30,769 nucleotides of DNA from a virus (taxonomy: Duplodnaviria; Caudoviricetes), in IMG/VR virus record IMGVR_UViG_3300033067_000854, positions 1 to 30,769 of that record. One strand, written 5' to 3'. Each line of letters begins with the position of its first letter. The stretch's first letter is position 1. The notes under the pieces were generated by a model that saw only the letters and a program-made list of their open reading frames with translations, was not told the DNA's origin and did no database searches. The translations under genes and the position numbers were made by a program. Shown one piece after another: positions 25,301-30,769 of the stretch.

Positions 25301-27696
25301 AGCGGACGGTATGGCTCGCTGAGAAGAAGGGTCGCGTCGTCGACCGCGAGTTCCAGCAGACGCCCATCCAGACAGGCCAGACCGTCGAGGATGCGAAGTC
25401 CACGATCGCGCGCCTCGAAGCCAAGCACCCGATGATCGGTGAGGTCGCTGACGGCGTGCGTGCGTGGCACGACCGCGTGATGGACTACGTGGTGCAGGCG
25501 GATCCGGCCTTCGGCCTCGTGCGCAACGCGATGCGCCAAGAGGGCGAGATCTACTTCATGCTGCGTAAGGCGTGGGACGAGAGCGCGCCCGTCTCGCGTC
25601 GTGGGACAAAGAACGCAGCGCGCACCGGCAAGTTGGGAGAGCGGTTCACCGAAGGCGGAAGCGACCGTCCGACCAAGGACATCCTGCCTGCGATGCAGCA
25701 GGAGGCGCTGCGCCTCATCAAGATCGCCCACGAGCGGATAGTCCTGCGCTCGCTCGTCGAGAACGGCAAGGCGGCTGGGTTCGGCGCCCTCTTCGAGGAC
25801 ATCAGCGCCACGCTCACAGGCAAGGCTGAAGGCTACACCGTTGGCAAGGAGCGCCCCGCTGCCGACTTCGAGCAGGCGTCGGTCGAGGCGTTCTTCGAGC
25901 CCGCAGGCGTCGACGCATCTGGTCGCGCGACGTTCAAGTACGCCGAGCTTGAGGTGAATCCCGACACGGGCAAGACGCGCGTTGTGATGAAGACCTACGC
26001 GGTCCACCCTGAGATCTACGATGCGATCGTGGGGATGAACCCGCAGGACTTCCGCAACGGACTCAACTGGGCGGCGAACGTTGCGCGGTGGTCTGCGAAG
26101 GCGCAGGTCGTCGGGCACATCGTCATCAACCCAGTGTGGACGTTCTACAAGAACCTCCTGTGGGATCCGCAGACGGCGTACACCAACACGCGCTACAACT
26201 CGCGCCTGCGTGACATGCTGCTGGACTGGGCGCCGAACCTTCTGCGCGTTGGAGCGTACGAGGTGTCCAACGGCATCATCCCGTACAAGTGGGCTGACGC
26301 TTACCACAACCTGAACATCGACCTGTCGTCTCCGGTTCAGTCCGAACTGCGCTCAAAGAACATCAGCCACGACCTGCTCGCGTCGAGGCCGAAGACGATC
26401 GCTCGCAACATCACGAGCCCGGATGCGTGGTTTCAGATGGTGGCGAAGATCATGTCGCCGTCTGACGTTGCCCCGCGCGTGTGGGAGTTCAAGCGCGCCG
26501 CGAAGCAGGTCGGGTGGAAGCCCGGTGAGCCGATGACGCAGGCTCAGTACGTCGAGATGGCAATCGCCACGAAGTCGATCACCGGCAACCGCTCCGAGGG
26601 CGGGCGCGTCACGAACGAACTCAACAAGTTCATCCCGTTCATGCGGGCGTGGGCTGTTGGTCCGCGTGACACGGTGCGTGCGGCCACTGCTGGTGGCAAC
26701 AAGCTGCGCTTCGCCATCCACGCAGCGAACATCGCGGCCCTGTCCGGGCTGTACTACGCCTACTACGGTCACGACAAGAAGGTGGCTGCTCGTCCTGCCG
26801 GTGAGGCGATGAGCTACGCCATGATCCCGAACGACACGGGCGATGCTTGGAACTTCCCGATCGCTCCCGAGGTTGCTCCGATCTGGGGCGTGGTGCAGTT
26901 CGTGCTCGGCGCGTTCGACGCCAACGACGAGTCACATCGTTCAGGCTGGGAGATCGCTCAGGCCGCATGGGATCTGGAGAAGCCGCCGTTCGTCCCTGCC
27001 GTCTTGGAGGAGCCGTACAAGCAGCTCGCCAACAAGCAGCGGATCGGCAGCAACGTGCCCCTGATCCCTAACGACGAACTGGCTCGCAAGCCTAAGGATC
27101 AGTTCGGGATCGACACCGCCCCGGTTGCCGTGGCGTTGGCTCGCGTGTTCCCGTGGGTTTCGCCGCGCCGTCTTGAGAGCGCGATCGAGGGGATCTTCGG
27201 CGTGCCCGGTCGTGCTGCGCTAGGCGAGTTCGAGACGGGCTTCGGCATGGAGTTGACGCTCGACCCTGCGAACGAGAAGGGGACGCTGCGTGACGTGCTG
27301 GAAGGCAACTTCCTGCGCAAGGGTGGCGCTCTGTCTGATCGCTCGGTCCACCTGAGCCGCCTCTCCTCGATGGCTGCGGCTGCGGAGGCGAACAGGCTCG
27401 ACCCCGACCTGCCGTTCAACGCTGACGCGGAGCTTGCTCGTGCGACGCTCGCTCAGGCGCAGGCTTCGGTGTCCGTCTACAGGGCGATGATGCGCACGTA
27501 CAAGATGAGCGCGAAGCAGAAGCAGGACCTCTACGCAGAGATGAACCGCGCGGCCAAGGATGCCGTCGAGTCCGTGCTGCTCGGCAAGCCGAACCTCGGT
27601 GGTGCCGTCGCCGCGAACATGACCGCCGAGCAGGCTCGCAAGATCCGAATGCTCACCGCACCCCAAGCGCCCTTCAAGCCGAAGTTCAAACCATGA
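22324..27696 (+). CDS. Large polyvalent/internal virion protein with a zincin-like HExxH domain and an LPD38-like C-terminus
   Basis: 1790 aa with Gly-rich hydrophobic segments and 40-aa helical repeats. It has TIAHEISH...SEGWAEF, and a C-terminus LNKFIPFMRA...IPND...FPIAPE...ANK....PLIP...SPRRLE..I.G.FG..G that resembles LPD38 from memory. Confidence 0.72.
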   Translation: MSQSPVTTGDDKAWTDQVLKELPSYAASKDAQWKALDKRPQEEINREKFDAAPGADKAMSAQDDAWAQQVLAELPLYSKDMSAWEKTKAGSQGVGVGLVESARNVLVDLPLSIQKAAGLPQSSPDDAVPMADWLKTGLDAATNAMTPSDLRAQDSGWYSAGNIGGKSILPLGTALMGGPVAGGLFGAMQQGGASGADAMRSGGSGEAVGGAMLGGAVVGGIGGAIVDGVLTRINTKTGNKIVEALLRDGGDLAQSSAARSALVRTGVAAVRTGESALAGGATGLTYNALVNSIHNYATDDDISILMNSEQALGAGIAFGTMIRGATEAALARRMHTGRKYTANGWEGPELDMSGLLDTEPSPFEPPITKTPDEHFAPLVDSAARAVGSEIHTGVIPRDATVEDLAAIMQSEHGLPLGKALEAAQAALDETARLDEAKRNASVLEAHTAWQARQAEVAAETEKYRAVYEQRAAEARAKDDAAVTKAHQEWQARRQANAADADKWKAVYEQRVAQAQEAESKRIQEAHTALQERQAKTASEADVWKTRFEESQRARQEAETARVRDEHVRLQERQQELSAEETKWRDEYRRRNPDPERPPNAEPDSALGKTIAREGLQSEAQRAYEERLAKAKAEADRVEALWQQAAAEANPGQAAELGVAGPRLQKAGSPMLRAEPGTNPVVDRSGRTIVDIGDGLRGTEDDKSGLPTVTYKADVRTAMLDAARMLNPNVALRIGMLPDDVLGLQNDTTNVVRVQSAQAIGTIAHEISHAVETRILGSDQSPFMGTGGEALANELIALGKKANPGETAPHATFLSEGWAEFMRLWLGQHEDLMGLAPKATQWFDGRFLKQEPEFAKKMDMARATFDAWRFQGSVKRTAGGFEKPVSLAQKLTNWTNNFRSRAIVTAVYSSWDVLRRYENAKAAAGFPTPKEQRLDRLMTAFAGNAHQVAEKFVLKDGTSDIWGHRTGDSLKRVVEKMRGRDNAQSDLNSYMKAQRTVWLAEKKGRVVDREFQQTPIQTGQTVEDAKSTIARLEAKHPMIGEVADGVRAWHDRVMDYVVQADPAFGLVRNAMRQEGEIYFMLRKAWDESAPVSRRGTKNAARTGKLGERFTEGGSDRPTKDILPAMQQEALRLIKIAHERIVLRSLVENGKAAGFGALFEDISATLTGKAEGYTVGKERPAADFEQASVEAFFEPAGVDASGRATFKYAELEVNPDTGKTRVVMKTYAVHPEIYDAIVGMNPQDFRNGLNWAANVARWSAKAQVVGHIVINPVWTFYKNLLWDPQTAYTNTRYNSRLRDMLLDWAPNLLRVGAYEVSNGIIPYKWADAYHNLNIDLSSPVQSELRSKNISHDLLASRPKTIARNITSPDAWFQMVAKIMSPSDVAPRVWEFKRAAKQVGWKPGEPMTQAQYVEMAIATKSITGNRSEGGRVTNELNKFIPFMRAWAVGPRDTVRAATAGGNKLRFAIHAANIAALSGLYYAYYGHDKKVAARPAGEAMSYAMIPNDTGDAWNFPIAPEVAPIWGVVQFVLGAFDANDESHRSGWEIAQAAWDLEKPPFVPAVLEEPYKQLANKQRIGSNVPLIPNDELARKPKDQFGIDTAPVAVALARVFPWVSPRRLESAIEGIFGVPGRAALGEFETGFGMELTLDPANEKGTLRDVLEGNFLRKGGALSDRSVHLSRLSSMAAAAEANRLDPDLPFNADAELARATLAQAQASVSVYRAMMRTYKMSAKQKQDLYAEMNRAAKDAVESVLLGKPNLGGAVAANMTAEQARKIRMLTAPQAPFKPKFKP
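23659..24093 (+). repeat. Degenerate 120-bp (40-aa) tandem coding repeat, about 3.6 units
   Basis: His-starting units at 23659, 23779, 23899 and 24019. An exact GCCGTCTACGAACAGCGCG occurs at 23716 and 23836. Confidence 0.85.
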
Positions 27697-28124
27697 AACC
27701 CCTCCTAGCCATCCTCCTCTGCCTCTTCGTTCTGCCGTCCTGCGCTGCGCTGAAACGCGCAGGCTACACCGCTGCCGGTGCAGGAGGCGGAGCTGTCGCT
27801 GGTGCTGCCGTGGGCGGTCCTGTTGGCGCAGGCGTGGGCGCAGCTGCGGGTGCCGTCGCGGCTCAGGCGGTTGGCGAGTCGCAGGAGCTTCGAGACGGTG
27901 ACCTCGTTGGCGAGGGCGCTGCGGTCAAGTACGTGACGCGCTACGTGCCGCAGCCGTTCATCCCGACGTGGCTGTGGATCGCGGTGGCTGGCGTGCTCGT
28001 GTGGCTCAAGGGCCACCACCTACTGCGCTTCCTCAAGACGTTCAATCCTTCCACGTTGCTCGGCACGATGCTGCCGTCGTGGGCGCAAAAGAAGATCGTG
28101 AAAACCTCCACCGAGGAACAGTGA
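27693..28124 (+). CDS. Lipoprotein with a glycine zipper and a C-proximal transmembrane segment (possible spanin)
   Basis: Signal peptide MKPLLAILLCLFVLPS-C with a lipobox-like Cys, a GxxxG run (GAVAGAAVGGPVGAGVGAAAG), and hydrophobic FIPTWLWIAVAGVLVWL. Confidence 0.7.
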   Translation: MKPLLAILLCLFVLPSCAALKRAGYTAAGAGGGAVAGAAVGGPVGAGVGAAAGAVAAQAVGESQELRDGDLVGEGAAVKYVTRYVPQPFIPTWLWIAVAGVLVWLKGHHLLRFLKTFNPSTLLGTMLPSWAQKKIVKTSTEEQ

Positions 28125-28444
28125 TGCTTGCGGAAACAGCGCAGCTCGCCGCCGGGGCGAACGGAGTGATCGACAACGAGACTTTGGTCCCGCTCGGGAT
28201 CGTCGTTGGCACGCTGCTGTTCTTCGTCGGCGGCGTCTGGAAAATCGCGAACACCATGACGAGCTTCGGTCACCGGCTGGACATGATGGAGGCGAGCATC
28301 AACTCGCGCCTGCGCGCCCTTGAGGACAAGCCCCACGGCATGGTAAGCAGACATGTGCTGCGAGCGTGGATCGCGGCCCTGCGTGCAGCCAACCCGCAGG
28401 TGGTCGTGCCGCCGCTCGAAACCGACGAAGACCAGGAGAAGTGA
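28124..28444 (+). CDS. Single-transmembrane protein with a coiled coil (holin-like, 106 aa)
   Basis: TGATG-coupled start with GAGGA upstream. Transmembrane segment LVPLGIVVGTLLFFVGGVW is followed by heptad-like RLDMMEASINSRLRALE. Confidence 0.6.
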   Translation: MLAETAQLAAGANGVIDNETLVPLGIVVGTLLFFVGGVWKIANTMTSFGHRLDMMEASINSRLRALEDKPHGMVSRHVLRAWIAALRAANPQVVVPPLETDEDQEK

Positions 28445-28713
28445 TGCGCTCCAAGACGTTCGACGATGCGATGTGGACCCTGAACGAGGTCGTTGCCGCG
28501 CGCCGCGCCGGGAACCCCGTCGTGGTCACCATGCCCACACCGCAGATCGAACTGCTTGCCGAGTACCTCTTCGTGCAGATCATTCCGGGGACCGTCGAGC
28601 AAGACAACGGGCGTGTCCTCTTCATCGTCGTCCCCACCGCGAAGGGCGAGCGCCAACTGGTCGCCTGCCGCCGCGCGTGGCTTGAGGAGATCGAACAATG
28701 CTTGGAAGCCTGA
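28444..28713 (+). CDS. Hypothetical protein (89 aa)
   Basis: TGATG-coupled start with AGGAG upstream, filling the gap in the operon. Confidence 0.65.
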   Translation: MRSKTFDDAMWTLNEVVAARRAGNPVVVTMPTPQIELLAEYLFVQIIPGTVEQDNGRVLFIVVPTAKGERQLVACRRAWLEEIEQCLEA

Positions 28714-28910
28714 TCGCCCGCTTCAAGGGCAAGAAGAAGCCCCACCTCGAACTGTTCTCCGATGCCGGAACCGCCTTCCGCGTGCGCATCCGCGCAGCCA
28801 ACGGCGAGATCCTGATGTCGTCGGAGGCGTACTCGAACGAGAGCAACGCATGGCGCGCAATCCGCGTGCTGGCGGTGAACCTGAACCTCGATGTGAGGGA
28901 AGACAAGTGA
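28698..28910 (+). CDS. DUF1508 (YegP-like) single-domain protein
   Basis: LELFSD...FRVRIRAANGEILMSSEAYSNESNAWRAI matches the DUF1508 consensus, with GAGGAG Shine-Dalgarno upstream. Confidence 0.85.
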   Translation: MLGSLIARFKGKKKPHLELFSDAGTAFRVRIRAANGEILMSSEAYSNESNAWRAIRVLAVNLNLDVREDK

Positions 28911-29461
28911 CCAGCATCCTCCGCAGCTTCTACATGGCGTCCCCGAGCTCGCTCTCGTGGAGCCTCCAGTACGGGCTCGACAACCTGCCGGTCGGGTTCA
29001 AGTGTACGTCGATCACGGCGCAGATCAGCGACCTCCAGATCACGCGCGCCTACGGTGCGAAGAACGCGAGCACGATCAACAACGGCGTGGTCGAGTTCGA
29101 TGCTGCCGGTTCACGTCTCGGCGTGCGACTGCTCGGTCCTGACGGTGTGATGTACGCGAGCCACGAGGTTCGCCCGCCGCCCTTCGTGGTCTCGCTGCAA
29201 CCCGGCGAGATCCGCCGCTACGGCGTGCCGTACGACTGGAACAGCTACCAGTCCAACGGGCAGTCGAACCCCGGACCTGAGTCCATGACGCCGACGCAGC
29301 CCCCGATCTTCGAGGGACCGCCCGCGCAGTGGCCGCAGCCGCAGGTGTGGCGCATGGAACTCGACGACCTGTGTGTGACGAACGTCCTCTCGGGTGACGC
29401 GCGCACGGACCATCGCACGGTGGTGAGCGCCTTGTGCGTCGTGCAGTTCAACCATGACTGA
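28907..29461 (+). CDS. Hypothetical beta-rich protein (184 aa)
   Basis: GTGA overlap start at 28907. The upstream part of the listed 322-aa ORF overlaps two real genes out of frame. Confidence 0.7.
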   Translation: MTSILRSFYMASPSSLSWSLQYGLDNLPVGFKCTSITAQISDLQITRAYGAKNASTINNGVVEFDAAGSRLGVRLLGPDGVMYASHEVRPPPFVVSLQPGEIRRYGVPYDWNSYQSNGQSNPGPESMTPTQPPIFEGPPAQWPQPQVWRMELDDLCVTNVLSGDARTDHRTVVSALCVVQFNHD

Positions 29462-29837
29462 CATCAACACCCCGGAGATCGTCAACGTCCCGCTCTGCAC
29501 GAACGGGATGCCACTGGCTATCGCGGCGACGAACTCTCCGGGCACGCTGATCTACGCTGTCCCGAACGAGACCGACTACTGGTACGAGGTCACGATCATC
29601 GTCTCCAACCTGACCAACACCGACTACCAACTACAAGTCGAGTGGGGGGCGCAGACACTGGACCACAGGACCGCTGACATCGTGACCAAGTTCACCACCA
29701 AGATTCTGGAGTCGCGGTTGTGTCGTGGCATCAGCCTGTGGGGGTACTGCCTGACTACAGCCGGTGCTGCCGGTACTGCAAACGCCCTGAACGTGCAGGT
29801 GAAGAGTCTGCGCTACAAGCAGGCACGGGCGACGTGA
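29454..29837 (+). CDS. Putative small structural protein (127 aa, beta-sandwich-like)
   Basis: Pattern TLIYAVP......VTIIVSN.T.....LQVEW, Thr/Val-rich, with an 8-nt overlap with the upstream gene. Confidence 0.65.
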   Translation: MTDINTPEIVNVPLCTNGMPLAIAATNSPGTLIYAVPNETDYWYEVTIIVSNLTNTDYQLQVEWGAQTLDHRTADIVTKFTTKILESRLCRGISLWGYCLTTAGAAGTANALNVQVKSLRYKQARAT

Positions 29838-30202
29838 AGCGTCTAAACCAAGACATCCGCACAGACGACGTGACCGACGTCACGATCAGCCGCATCGACG
29901 CGCGCTTGGATGCGCTGGAGCTGGCTGTCGCCGCACTCGGCGGTGGCAACTCGGTCGCTGTCGTGGCCGACTTCGGCGCGTCGTTCACGCACTTCACGCA
30001 GACGGTGGTGACGGGGCAAACGTGGGTCACGGCGCTGTCGAAGATCAACCCCATCCCGACTGGAACCAACCCAACGGAACTGGCTGTGCTTCAGTTCTCG
30101 TGTGCGATCACAGACCTAGTGGTGGGCGATGGCTTCACCCTGAGCGTGTACACGCCTGCGAAGGCGAAGGGCACGTACACCTTCAACTGCATCGGAGTCT
30201 GA
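29834..30202 (+). CDS. Putative tail fibre-associated small protein (122 aa): short coiled coil plus beta domain
   Basis: GTGA overlap start. RIDARLDALE heptad followed by VVTGQTWVTA.SKI...GDGFTL.......GTYTFN.IG. Confidence 0.65.
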   Translation: MKRLNQDIRTDDVTDVTISRIDARLDALELAVAALGGGNSVAVVADFGASFTHFTQTVVTGQTWVTALSKINPIPTGTNPTELAVLQFSCAITDLVVGDGFTLSVYTPAKAKGTYTFNCIGV

Positions 30203-30203
30203 C

Positions 30204-30769
30204 ATGACTGGCATCATCATCGGCAACGGCACGGCGGCGAGCGCGGAAGCTACCGTCACCACGGACGGCAACCTCAAGGTCACGCTTCCGACGGCGGACG
30301 CGCAGACGGGCAAGGTGCGGATCGTCAGCGAGGTGGACCCCGGCGGTTCATCGCGTGCGGCGACGATCATCGCGCCCGAGTCGACCGAAGACTACCGCCT
30401 GCGAGTTGGCATCGACTGCGTGGAAGACTGCGAGGTCTTCAGCTACGCGAACCAGCAGACGAGCAAGTTCACGTACACCATCACGACGATGACGATGGAC
30501 CTGAGCGGCGGGTTCCTGCGAACCAACGCCTCGGGCATCACGACGATCAACACGGGCGCGAAGTTCTCGACGTTCCGCTACTTCCGGGTGTGGGGGCAGC
30601 AGACGCCGCTGTACCTAGAGTTCACGCTGTTGATCGACGCTGCGGTGGTGACGAACACGACGGTGGACATCGGGATGTTCCTGCCCGGTGCCGCCAACCC
30701 CTACGCGCCCACGGACGGCGTGTACCTGCGCCTGACGAGCACGGGATGGGTGATCGTGTGCAACAACGG
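30204..30769 (+). CDS. Putative virion structural or tail protein, 3'-truncated
   Basis: ATG 30204 opens a frame with no stop before the window end (MTGIIIGNGTAASAEATVTTDGNLKVTLP...DYRLRVGID...DGVYLRLT). It is Thr-rich and absent from the ORF track because it is truncated. Confidence 0.75.
   Translation, partial: MTGIIIGNGTAASAEATVTTDGNLKVTLPTADAQTGKVRIVSEVDPGGSSRAATIIAPESTEDYRLRVGIDCVEDCEVFSYANQQTSKFTYTITTMTMDLSGGFLRTNASGITTINTGAKFSTFRYFRVWGQQTPLYLEFTLLIDAAVVTNTTVDIGMFLPGAANPYAPTDGVYLRLTSTGWVIVCNN

Noticed and set aside
296-27666. Long minus-strand ORFs (for example 3995..5587, 13943..15796, 19658..21178, 24139..26307)
   Set aside because: They are antisense shadows of GC3-biased plus-strand genes, with Arg/Val/Leu/His-rich translations and no recognisable motifs.
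22324-27696. Tape measure protein or virion RNA polymerase call for the 1790-aa ORF
   Set aside because: No tail tube, sheath or tail chaperone genes were recognised and no polymerase catalytic motifs were seen. The context fits a podovirus ejection protein.
1-30769. tRNA, CRISPR array, integrase, diversity-generating retroelement or specific host assignment
   Set aside because: There is no intergenic space or repeat pattern for these elements and no reverse transcriptase. The host cannot be determined from this window beyond a probable GC-rich diderm.

Overview
This GC-rich window is a contiguous, entirely plus-strand virion morphogenesis module of a tailed phage or prophage with podovirus-like architecture. 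The order is: a 5'-truncated hypothetical protein; a large terminase split into separate ATPase and nuclease ORFs; a small membrane protein; portal; a Cys/His protein; scaffold; major capsid protein; a hairpin; candidate decoration and adaptor genes; a 2586-aa tail nozzle-like protein with about four LamG-like inserts; three candidate ejection proteins, the last a 1790-aa polyvalent protein with an HExxH motif and an LPD38-like C-terminus; a lipoprotein and holin-like pair; a DUF1508 protein; and a second block of small beta-rich structural genes that runs off the 3' end. The most unusual features are the terminase split, which no single frameshift can repair, the lectin-loaded nozzle, and a lipoprotein with u-spanin-like topology and no adjacent endolysin. 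No tRNA, rRNA, CRISPR array, integrase or transposase was seen. All functional calls come from motif recognition and gene order, not database searches.
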